Assembly: GCA_030524345.1 (NCBI GenBank)
Contig: JAUNGP010000006.1
Span: 15,105-79,104 of the forward strand
Reading direction: 5' to 3'
Origin: Clostridia bacterium
GTDB lineage: Bacteria > Bacillota > Clostridia > TANB77 > CAG-465
DNA: 64,000 nucleotides
A program made the position numbers and the translations under genes. The notes below the pieces were generated by a model. That model was not told the origin of the DNA. It did no database searches and was given only the letters and a program-made list of their open reading frames with translations. This document shows, in pieces, positions 10,288 through 18,360 of the stretch. How positions within the stretch are numbered: position 1 is the first letter of the stretch; every line of letters begins with the position of its first letter.

Positions 10288-11081
10288 ATATTATATTCCT
10301 CACTTGATAATGTTTTGCTTGCAAAGTTAATATTAAGATGATCAGTATCAACATCATTTTGTTTTAGAGTAGTAATGATAGTATTAAAAGCAATATCCTC
10401 ATTATTATTATTTTCGCTTAAATGGGCAAGTAAAAAGTTTGCTTGTCCAAGTTTTGCAAGCCTTGCAATAGTAGTAGCACTAACATCATTAGATAAATGA
10501 CCAATGGGGCTTTTAATACGTCTTTTTAAATGAAAAGGATATTTACCAAAATCAAGCATAGCAGTATCATAGTTTGCCTCTAAAATGATATAATCAGAGA
10601 ATTTTAAATGATCAAACACATCACCTGTCATGTGCCCTAGGTCAGTAGCATATGAAAGAGTAGTATTTCCAGATTTAATTCTAAAGCCACAAGGCATTAC
10701 AGCATCGTGTGGTGTCTCAAAAGGCAATATTTCGATACCATTAATTTGAAAAGGTTTATCATATTCTGTTTTAATGATATTAGCTGATATATTTTTTTCT
10801 TTTAAAAGTTCACTCAAAAGATCAGCTGTTTTACCACAAGCATATATAGGAATGTTAGTATTCTTTCTACATAATAAAGGAAGTCCTTTTATATGATCAG
10901 AATGCTCATGAGTAATTAAAACAGCTGAAATGTTTGAAATATCCTTATCAAGACTTTTTAGTCCATCATTAATTGCTTTATAAGTTACACCAGCATCAAT
11001 TAATATATTGGTTCTACCGCCATTATCGATATGGAACAAATTACCAGAACTAGAACTATATAATGGATGTATATTTAACAT
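10281..11081 (-). CDS. MBL-fold metallo-hydrolase (YycJ/WalJ-like)
   Basis: HEHSDH metallo-beta-lactamase motif. Start at the internal Met with GAGGAG SD. Confidence 0.8.
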   Translation of the reverse strand: MLNIHPLYSSSSGNLFHIDNGGRTNILIDAGVTYKAINDGLKSLDKDISNISAVLITHEHSDHIKGLPLLCRKNTNIPIYACGKTADLLSELLKEKNISANIIKTEYDKPFQINGIEILPFETPHDAVMPCGFRIKSGNTTLSYATDLGHMTGDVFDHLKFSDYIILEANYDTAMLDFGKYPFHLKRRIKSPIGHLSNDVSATTIARLAKLGQANFLLAHLSENNNNEDIAFNTIITTLKQNDVDTDHLNINFASKTLSSEEYNIC

Positions 11082-11082
11082 T

Positions 11083-12354
11083 TTAATTCTCCTCATTCTT
11101 TACATATTCGATATTTGCACCAAGATTTGCAAATTTTGCTGTAATATCTTCGTATCCTCTAAGTATATGATGAATATCATATACTTCAGTATTGCCTTCT
11201 GCAACAAGTCCTGCAATGATCATCGCAGCACCAGCCCTTAAATCATGAGAATGAACAGGAGCACTATATAGTTTATCAACTCCTTTTACGATTGCAGTAG
11301 TTCCATGAGCAGAAATATCAGCTCCCATCTTGGCAAGTTCATCGGTGTATTGAAATCTAGATTCCCAAATATTTTCAACAATCATGCCTGTGCCACTTGC
11401 TACAGTCAGTAGAATACATATTTGCGGTTGCATATCTGTAGGAAAGCCTGGATAAGGACTAGTTTTAACAGTAAAAGAGTTTGGCTTTTTATCCATAGAA
11501 ACTCTGATACTATCTTCATATTCTTTTACAGTAGCTCCAGCTTCCAAAAGCTTAGCAGTAATTGGCTCCATATGTTTTGGAATACAATTTTTAATAAGAA
11601 CATCACCACGAGTAACAGCAGCTGCAACCATAAAAGTGCCAGTTTCGATTTGATCTGGTATAATAGAATAACTAGATACTTGATGTAATTCTTTGACACC
11701 TGTAATCTTAATAGTATCTGTACCGGCTCCTTTAATTTGGGCTCCCATAGAATTTAAAAAGTTTGCCAAATCAACGATGTGAGGTTCCTTTGCTACATTT
11801 TCTATAACAGTAGTTCCTTCTGCTAAAGTAGCGGCAAGAATTGCATTCATTGTAGCTCCAACACTTACTACATCTAAAAATACAGGAGCACCTTTGAGTG
11901 AAGTAGTTCTACTAGCATACACATTACCATTTCTTACTTCAACAGTGGCTCCAAGTCTTTCAAAAGCCTTAATATGTTGATCGATTGGTCTAGCGCCAAG
12001 ATTACAACCACCAGGTAAACTAATTTGAACCTTATCAAATCTTCCAAGTAATGAGCCAAGCAAATAATAAGAAGCTCTAAATTTACTTGTAAGTTCCGAA
12101 GAAGCAATTGCAGAATTAACATTTGAATTGTCAATAATTAGTTCATTTTTAGAAATATATTCAATATTAGAGCCTAGCGACTCTAGTATTTTTACATATG
12201 CTCTGATATCACTTATATCCGGTACATTTTCCAAATGACATTTTCCTTTTACTAACAAAGTAGCAGGTAAAATAGCAACAGCAGCATTCTTAGCGCCACT
12301 TATAGTTACTTCGCCATTTAGTCTACATGGACCATGTACAATAAATTTTTCCAT
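11083..12354 (-). CDS. murA: UDP-N-acetylglucosamine 1-carboxyvinyltransferase
   Basis: MEKFIVHGPCRLNGEVTISGAKNAAV N-terminus and the full-length EPSP-synthase-like fold. SD GGGGGA 7 nt upstream. Confidence 0.9.
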   Translation of the reverse strand: MEKFIVHGPCRLNGEVTISGAKNAAVAILPATLLVKGKCHLENVPDISDIRAYVKILESLGSNIEYISKNELIIDNSNVNSAIASSELTSKFRASYYLLGSLLGRFDKVQISLPGGCNLGARPIDQHIKAFERLGATVEVRNGNVYASRTTSLKGAPVFLDVVSVGATMNAILAATLAEGTTVIENVAKEPHIVDLANFLNSMGAQIKGAGTDTIKITGVKELHQVSSYSIIPDQIETGTFMVAAAVTRGDVLIKNCIPKHMEPITAKLLEAGATVKEYEDSIRVSMDKKPNSFTVKTSPYPGFPTDMQPQICILLTVASGTGMIVENIWESRFQYTDELAKMGADISAHGTTAIVKGVDKLYSAPVHSHDLRAGAAMIIAGLVAEGNTEVYDIHHILRGYEDITAKFANLGANIEYVKNEEN

Positions 12355-12475
12355 ATATGATTCCCCCAATTTTTACCATAAATTATATAAAGAATATAAA
12401 TATTTCTTAATAATTATTCATACAAGAGTATAACATAATTTGTCAAAAAAGACAATAACTATATAAAATAAACAA

Positions 12476-12673
12476 TTAATGGCGTAAATTCCTTTTGGCA
12501 TTTATCAATATACATTTACAATGATTTGTAAAACGACTTAAGGTATTTTCTATACATACTAAATTTGAAAATGTATAAATATCTTTTCCTGTAATGTAAT
12601 GACCGTTTGATGTAGGAAGTTTTAAATTACTACAATTGAGTAAATATTTTTTCATAGTTTGTGGGTTTATCCC
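12476..12673 (-). CDS. small hypothetical protein (about 66 aa)
   Basis: Internal Met preceded by AGGAGGTGA at 7 nt. Confidence 0.35.
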   Translation of the reverse strand, partial: GINPQTMKKYLLNCSNLKLPTSNGHYITGKDIYTFSNLVCIENTLSRFTNHCKCILINAKRNLRH

Positions 12674-12888
12674 CATAAAATCACCTCCTATATTTATTAT
12701 ATGCATTAGAGATGAAAAAAGAAACAAACGGGAAATTGCCTCTTTATATGGGTTGTTTTAATTTAGAATAATTTTGTCATCATGAAACAAATTACAAAAA
12801 ATGATACAAAAGACTTGTTTTTTTAAATTTCATATGTTAAAATATACTAGTAACATTAAAGACTTGAAAATAGGAAGGTGTGAAAAAA

Positions 12889-13107
12889 ATGAAAACAGAT
12901 ATACAACCAAAATATGGAAAAGCTGAAATAAGATGTGTTTGCGGTAACGTAATCGAAACTGGCTCTGTAAAAGAAGAAATGAGAACAGATACATGTAGTA
13001 AATGTCATCCATTTTTCACAGGTCAAAAACAAGCTATGTCTAGCCAAGGTAGAGCAGCTAAGTTTATGGAAAAATATGGAAATAAAGTTAAAAAAGCAGA
13101 TAAATAG
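12889..13107 (+). CDS. rpmE: 50S ribosomal protein L31
   Basis: MKTDIQPKY...CxC...CSKCHPFFTG. Terminator hairpin at about 13125-13165. Confidence 0.9.
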   Translation: MKTDIQPKYGKAEIRCVCGNVIETGSVKEEMRTDTCSKCHPFFTGQKQAMSSQGRAAKFMEKYGNKVKKADK

Positions 13108-13194
13108 TCTTATTTAAATATGGAATAAATGTGAAGAGTGTCGAAGTTGATTGAGACACTCTTTCACTTTATATATTTTAGGAGTTTATGGATT

Positions 13195-14943
13195 ATGAAA
13201 ATTAAGAAAAATAAAGGCAAAAAAGAAAAAATTGGTGGGATTGCTCTTAGTAATGGGATCATCCTAAAAAGTGAAAAAAGGGATAGTATTACAAAGAAAA
13301 ATAGTGATGGAAAGATAATAGTAAAGATAGATAAACATTTTATTGGTAAGAGTAAATTTAGTTTATTAGACCTACCCTTTATAAGAGGAATGTATAATAT
13401 AGTATCACAGCTGACGAGTTCCAAAGTAGATTTAAAAGAAAATGTAAAAGCAATTTGTGATGCATTCAATATCAAATATGATGAAGAAGAGTTAAATATA
13501 AAAACTCCTGTTTTAATAGGCATGATTATAATAATAGTTATATTTTTTCTTGTCATAACTCCATGTCTTATATCACTACCTTTTGGCCATTTCAAAGAAA
13601 TGGTACAAGCATTAATTCAATTTTTAATACTTGCTTTATTGCTAGTATCCTTAAGAGTGAGTAAATCATTAGTATCTATTTTAGAATATCATGGGGCAGA
13701 ACATAAAATTGTCAATGCTTATGAGAACTTAAATTTTGATGAACTAACAGTAGAAAATGTCAAAAAAGAATCTAGAATCCATAGAAGATGTGGCTCTAAC
13801 TTTATTGCTTTTTTTATACTCATTACAATACTTGAGACCTTACTGATCACAGTAGATCATATCGCTATTAAAATGTTAATACTTGCACTTCTTATCATCC
13901 CTAATATATCTATTTCTTATGAACTAGTGATGCTTCTTGGAAATCTTCCTAAATGTTTAGCATATTTATTTTATCCAATTATGGCTGTACAGTTTATGAC
14001 TACAAAAAATCCTAGCGATGATAAAATAAAACTTGCTATTTACGGAGTTTATGGGGTGTTAAAGGAGAATCTAAAGATGAGCGTATCAGAGCTTATAAAA
14101 AAATATGAGGAGGAAAATTATGACTTAATTCAAAACAAAGAGTATCAGTTACAAGATATGCTACAGGTCGTATCCTATGTAACAAAAAAGAATACAAATC
14201 ATATATACATTTATATGAATGAATATCTGTTAAGTTATAATGAGCAAATTGAGGTAATAAGACTTCTAGACCAATTATTTAAAGAAGATGTGCCACTTCA
14301 GTATATTACAAATAGAGCCTATTTTTATAACGAGGAATATATTGTGAACCATCATGTATTGATCCCAAGACAAGATACAGAAATATTAGTACAAAAAGCA
14401 ATTGAATATATTTCAAAATATGATTTAAAAAAAATGATAGATCTATGTACTGGTAGTGGATGTATTGGGATATCTATTGCTAACAATTCTGATATAGAAA
14501 AAGTAATCCTTAGTGATATCTCTAAAGAGGCATTAAGTGTAGCAAGACAAAATATTCAATTAAATAATGCAACTAAAGTAGTAGCCTACCTTTCTGATTT
14601 GTTGGAACTATATATTGATAACAAAACAGTAGTAGATATCATTGTATCAAATCCCCCTTATATCAAAACAGATGTTATCCAAACGCTTGATAAAACGGTA
14701 TTAAAAGAACCAAGACTTGCTCTTGATGGTGGCAAATCTGGGCTTGACATCTATATTAAAATATTAGATCAAGCAAAATATGTCTTAAAGGAACATGGAT
14801 ACTTAATGTTTGAAATTGGATATGATGAATTAGAAGAATTAAAACATATCATTTCAACGCATCCAGAATATGAATTGATAGAGTCAATCAAAGACTATGG
14901 AGGAAATGATAGAGTTATTATATGTCGCTTTTGCAATATTTAG
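13195..14943 (+). CDS. prmC: DUF1385 (YqhQ-like membrane) domain fused to peptide-chain-release-factor N5-glutamine methyltransferase PrmC/HemK
   Basis: The N-terminal half has TM helices and a GAEHK..NAYE motif (YqhQ/DUF1385). The C-terminal half has a SAM-MTase fold with NPPY and VLIPRQDTE motifs. Confidence 0.75.
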   Translation: MKIKKNKGKKEKIGGIALSNGIILKSEKRDSITKKNSDGKIIVKIDKHFIGKSKFSLLDLPFIRGMYNIVSQLTSSKVDLKENVKAICDAFNIKYDEEELNIKTPVLIGMIIIIVIFFLVITPCLISLPFGHFKEMVQALIQFLILALLLVSLRVSKSLVSILEYHGAEHKIVNAYENLNFDELTVENVKKESRIHRRCGSNFIAFFILITILETLLITVDHIAIKMLILALLIIPNISISYELVMLLGNLPKCLAYLFYPIMAVQFMTTKNPSDDKIKLAIYGVYGVLKENLKMSVSELIKKYEEENYDLIQNKEYQLQDMLQVVSYVTKKNTNHIYIYMNEYLLSYNEQIEVIRLLDQLFKEDVPLQYITNRAYFYNEEYIVNHHVLIPRQDTEILVQKAIEYISKYDLKKMIDLCTGSGCIGISIANNSDIEKVILSDISKEALSVARQNIQLNNATKVVAYLSDLLELYIDNKTVVDIIVSNPPYIKTDVIQTLDKTVLKEPRLALDGGKSGLDIYIKILDQAKYVLKEHGYLMFEIGYDELEELKHIISTHPEYELIESIKDYGGNDRVIICRFCNI

Positions 14944-14972
14944 AAAGCTACAGGTATTATAATCAAATTAAA

Positions 14973-15138
14973 TTGACATAACATGCAAAAAATGATATAA
15001 TATAGACATGGATAATAAATGAAGTTCTATATGATTATAAAGGACAGGTACCTTATATGAATCATGTGGAACTTTTTTTGTATCACAACAATTAATGAAA
15101 GGATTCCCGTGATAGAAAATAAGGGAAAAGGTGAACTT
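14973..15138 (+). promoter_or_regulatory. promoter plus structured 5' leader, family copy 1 (diverged)
   Basis: TTGACA (14973) and TATAAT (14996). Hairpin ATGATTAT-AAGG-acaggta-CCTT-ATGAATCAT followed by TTTTTTTG. SD hairpin TTCCC...GGGAA. Confidence 0.55.
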
Positions 15139-15936
15139 ATGCAGACAAATGTAAAACACGTAGGAAAAGGCTATGTAGAGGAAGAGTCCTTTGCTGTAAT
15201 AGGTGGTGAAAAATCTGAAACAATAGGCATCGAAAGATATGAAAATGGGATTTTATGGATCGATAAAAATTTTGGTGTCTGTGGTGCTACTATCGGACGT
15301 TGGGCAGAAATTGTCTCCGGGATGTTTGCAAAAGAGGCAAACTTTGAAAGAGAAATTCAAAGAGTATTTGGATCAAGTACTCCCCTTCATACAGTCATTT
15401 TTTATTTTAATAGGGTGAAGGTAAGTGTCAACAAAGAGCATTCTTCTCCAAAAGAGATTGTAGCTTTATGGGAAAGTAATTTTTATAAGCCAAAAAAGAA
15501 CTATCATGAGGCTGCAAATAGCTTAAAAGAGAAGCTGGAATCTATCATCTATTCTGAACTCAGTGGTATTGTAGATGTTGGCTCTATTACAAAGGAGGAT
15601 GCAACTCTAAGTAAGGATCAGCTGGATTTGCTGGAAAAATGCATTCAAAAACTGGTTACCTTAAAGAAGGCAGAAGCCATTTTCAAGTATACGGAAATGG
15701 AATTTGAAAGTGAGCTTTCAAAACAGGAATTTTATTCGATGAAGGATGCATCCACTCTTAAATTTGCAGTAAAATGGGCAAAGGCAATGCAATACTTGAT
15801 GCAAGAGCGGGATGAATCTGCAAGAGCTGTTGGACAGGAAGCAAGCAAAATGGCAGATCCTGATGTTCCTTTTTATGTCGAGGAAATCGCTAAATCCTAT
15901 TTAAAGCGATGCTGGAAATACGGCAATTCTCTGTAG
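15139..15936 (+). CDS. hypothetical protein (265 aa), GC-elevated, leader-controlled
   Basis: ORF starts at MQTNVKHVGKGY directly after the leader. About 40% GC against a genome at about 28%. Confidence 0.55.
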   Translation: MQTNVKHVGKGYVEEESFAVIGGEKSETIGIERYENGILWIDKNFGVCGATIGRWAEIVSGMFAKEANFEREIQRVFGSSTPLHTVIFYFNRVKVSVNKEHSSPKEIVALWESNFYKPKKNYHEAANSLKEKLESIIYSELSGIVDVGSITKEDATLSKDQLDLLEKCIQKLVTLKKAEAIFKYTEMEFESELSKQEFYSMKDASTLKFAVKWAKAMQYLMQERDESARAVGQEASKMADPDVPFYVEEIAKSYLKRCWKYGNSL

Positions 15937-15944
15937 GTTCTGAC

Positions 15945-15968
15945 AAAAGACTCAGCATTAATTTGCTG
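15945..15968 (+). terminator. rho-independent terminator (repeat family gac[ct]cagcattaatttgctgggtc)
   Basis: 9-bp stem followed by a T-run. The same hairpin recurs at 16549 and 18199. Confidence 0.75.
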
Positions 15969-16035
15969 GGTCTTTTAAGATATAAAAACGATTGATAAAG
16001 AGGTCTATTTTAACCAGTACTATCAGCAAGTTAAA

Positions 16036-16291
16036 TTGACATAATGTCAAGAAAGTGATATAATATAAATATGGAACATATAAATTAAGTTTCCACAAAT
16101 TTTGGGAGCTAGTATCCCTTTATATTGTGTGGAACTTTCTTTTTTTTAAAAAATACAATTTTAAGGTACTCGACATACTGAGTTAGGTGCTACAACTTAA
16201 CCTATTCTACACCTGAAAGTAGACAAGTAGCAACAAGTTTTATAGAAAGGATTCCCCACGCAGTATGATAAAGGGGAAAAATGGTGTTATT
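16036..16291 (+). promoter_or_regulatory. promoter plus structured 5' leader, family copy 2
   Basis: TTGACA (16036), 17 nt, TATAAT (16059). Hairpin TTTCCACAA..GGGA-gctagta-TCCC..TTGTGTGGAA followed by CTTTCTTTTTTTT, which is terminator/attenuator-like. A 130-nt spacer. Then the SD hairpin TTCCCC-N15-GGGGAA. Confidence 0.65.
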
Positions 16292-16537
16292 ATGAAAGAA
16301 TTAAAGGGTTTTGAAAGATTACAGGGATTTGACCATATCCTTCCTAGAGGAATTGATATTATTCAGCTGAAGGCTGGACAGGTTCTTTGGATTGATGAAG
16401 ATGGACTGTATATTGCAGAATCAGATGTCATACTTATAGTTGAACATCTAGATATTATCTATGATCCGGCTGACAGCCAACATGGCAGATTATGGTGGAA
16501 TTGTAGTGATGTTATCAAAGAAATTCCGCTGAAATAA
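16292..16537 (+). CDS. small hypothetical protein (81 aa), GC-elevated, leader-controlled
   Basis: Starts at MKELKGF. The 4-codon uORF ATGGTGTTATTATGA overlaps its ATG. Paralogous N-terminus with the 17747 ORF. Confidence 0.5.
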   Translation: MKELKGFERLQGFDHILPRGIDIIQLKAGQVLWIDEDGLYIAESDVILIVEHLDIIYDPADSQHGRLWWNCSDVIKEIPLK

Positions 16538-16548
16538 ATTTTCCATAT

Positions 16549-16573
16549 GTTCTGAAAAGGACCCAGCATTAAT
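16549..16573 (+). terminator. rho-independent terminator (repeat family)
   Basis: ggacccagcattaatttgctgggtc followed by TTATTTTTATTT. Confidence 0.8.
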
Positions 16574-16654
16574 TTGCTGGGTCTTATTTTTATTTGATAT
16601 TAGAACAAATGTTTATATATGCTACATATACCAATTTTAGTCTATATTTTTTTC

Positions 16655-16683
16655 TTGAAATACCAAATCTTATATGTTACAAT
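16655..16683 (+). promoter_or_regulatory. sigma-A-type promoter for whiA (duplicated copy at 18295)
   Basis: TTGAAA, 17 nt, TACAAT. Confidence 0.6.
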
Positions 16684-16705
16684 ATACTTAATTTGAGGTG
16701 GTAAT

Positions 16706-17446
16706 ATGTCATTTTCATCCGATGTTAAAGATGAAATATTAAAAAACTTTTCGGGAAATCAAAAAACGTGTTGTATTAAAGCTGAAAAATTTGGTGAATA
16801 CTTAACATCAGTACCATTAAAAAATATATTAGGCAATGAATTTAAAGAATATTTAGATATATCCAAACTGAAAGAATGTTGTATTAAGTCAATCTTAAAA
16901 GGCGTGTTTTTAGGTTCTGGCTGTATTGTCGATCCAATGTTAGATTATCATTTTGAAGTAATATTTAAAAATAAAGCTTGCGGAGAGTATATTTTGAATT
17001 TGCTATCAGTACTTGATTTTACTCCTAAAATGATCAAGAGAAAAAAGCAAAATGTGGTATATTTTAAAGAATCAGAACAAATATCTCTTTTTTTGAGTAT
17101 TCTTGGAGCAAATAATGCTGTTTTAAAATTTGAGCAAATACGAGTTGAAAAAGAAGTTAAAAATAGTATCAATAGAACTACTAACTGTGAAACAGCCAAT
17201 TTATCTAAAACAATTAATTCAGCTGTAAAGCAAATAGAGGCGATTAAAAAACTAAAAGAACATGGTAAGTTTGCCTCTTTAAATGATAAATTAAAATATA
17301 CTGCAAATTTACGTTTAAAGTATCCAACAGAAAGCTTAGATTATATAGCATCTAAGACGGCAAAAGATGAAAAAAATAAAATTAGCAAATCTGGTTTAAA
17401 GCATAGATTAGATAAACTGATTCAACTTGCTGCAGAAATAAAATAA
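16706..17446 (+). CDS. whiA: DNA-binding protein WhiA, N-terminally shortened (246 aa)
   Basis: NCETANLSKTI and ISKSGLKHRLDKL (C-terminal HTH) motifs. One LAGLIDADG-like segment (FLGSGCIVDP...YHFEVIF). About 65 aa of the first LAGLIDADG-like domain are absent relative to the Bacillus-type WhiA I recall. Confidence 0.8.
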   Translation: MSFSSDVKDEILKNFSGNQKTCCIKAEKFGEYLTSVPLKNILGNEFKEYLDISKLKECCIKSILKGVFLGSGCIVDPMLDYHFEVIFKNKACGEYILNLLSVLDFTPKMIKRKKQNVVYFKESEQISLFLSILGANNAVLKFEQIRVEKEVKNSINRTTNCETANLSKTINSAVKQIEAIKKLKEHGKFASLNDKLKYTANLRLKYPTESLDYIASKTAKDEKNKISKSGLKHRLDKLIQLAAEIK

Positions 17447-17492
17447 CATTTTTGGCATAATTAGTACTTATAATATCTATAAGCAAGTTAAA

Positions 17493-17746
17493 TTGACATA
17501 ATGTTAAGAAAGTGATATAATATAAATATGGAACATATAAATTAAGTTTCCACAAATTTTGGGAGCTAGTATCCCTTTATATTGTGTGGAACTTTCTTTT
17601 TTTTAAAAAATACAATTTTAAGGTACTCGACATACTGAGTTAGGTGCTACAACTTAACCTATTCTACACCTGAAAGTAGACAAGTAGCAACAAGTTTTAT
17701 AGAAAGGATTCCCCACAGTATGATAAAGGGGAAAAATGGTGTTATT
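17493..17746 (+). promoter_or_regulatory. promoter plus structured 5' leader, family copy 3
   Basis: Nearly identical to copy 2 over about 270 nt. Confidence 0.65.
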
Positions 17747-18172
17747 ATGAAAGAATTAAGACAGTTTTACTTTGGAGATCTTAATAGTGTATCTGTTGCT
17801 CCTGAAGAGGTAACCGTGATCCAGCTAAAAGCCGGTGAATCCATTGAGGTCCATAGGGAACTCTATACAGCACCGATTGATCAAACTTTAGTTGTCGACC
17901 GGTTACGGATTCGGAAAGGCAAAGCTAGTTGTACGATGATTCGTCAGATTATTGACGGATTTCAGGTCCAGCAGTTTCCGGTTCGACCGGATCGCTTCTT
18001 GAGAAGAGTGGCAAGTAACAAAGGATTTAAGACCATAATTGTTCCGGGCGGAATCACTCCGCTGACTAGATACGGCTATGTACCTGTTCCGGATTTCAAC
18101 ATGAATGGTACTACTTACTTCCTGTTTCCCTATAGCTTTTTTAAGAAGCTGACAGCACCGAAAGAAGCTTGA
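17747..18172 (+). CDS. hypothetical protein (141 aa), GC-elevated, leader-controlled
   Basis: Starts at MKELRQF. The N-terminal ~30 aa are paralogous to the 16292 ORF (shared IQLKAG); the rest is unrelated. Confidence 0.5.
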   Translation: MKELRQFYFGDLNSVSVAPEEVTVIQLKAGESIEVHRELYTAPIDQTLVVDRLRIRKGKASCTMIRQIIDGFQVQQFPVRPDRFLRRVASNKGFKTIIVPGGITPLTRYGYVPVPDFNMNGTTYFLFPYSFFKKLTAPKEA

Positions 18173-18198
18173 TCCCACACCACCATATGTTCTGAAAA

Positions 18199-18223
18199 AG
18201 GACCCAGCATTAATTTGCTGGGT
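18199..18223 (+). terminator. rho-independent terminator (repeat family)
   Basis: Identical to the hairpin at 16549. Confidence 0.8.
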
Positions 18224-18294
18224 CTTATTTTTATTTGATATTAGAACAAATGTTTATATATGCTACATATACCAATTTTAGTCTATATTTTTTC

Positions 18295-18323
18295 TTGAAA
18301 TACCAAATCTTATATGTTACAAT
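18295..18323 (+). promoter_or_regulatory. sigma-A-type promoter for hemW (duplicate of 16655)
   Basis: TTGAAA, 17 nt, TACAAT, lying within a 160-nt segment identical to 16540-16700. Confidence 0.6.
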
Positions 18324-18360
18324 ATACTTAGTTTAGAGATACATATATAGGAGGATTATC

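Noticed and set aside
16265-16291. Upstream in-frame start MIKGKNGVIM for the leader-controlled ORFs (ORF-track coordinates 16265 and 17720)
   Set aside because: That ATG is 11-13 nt from the nearest SD-like sequence and is absent in copy 0. The conserved ATG nine codons downstream, coupled to the MVLL uORF, is the more likely start.
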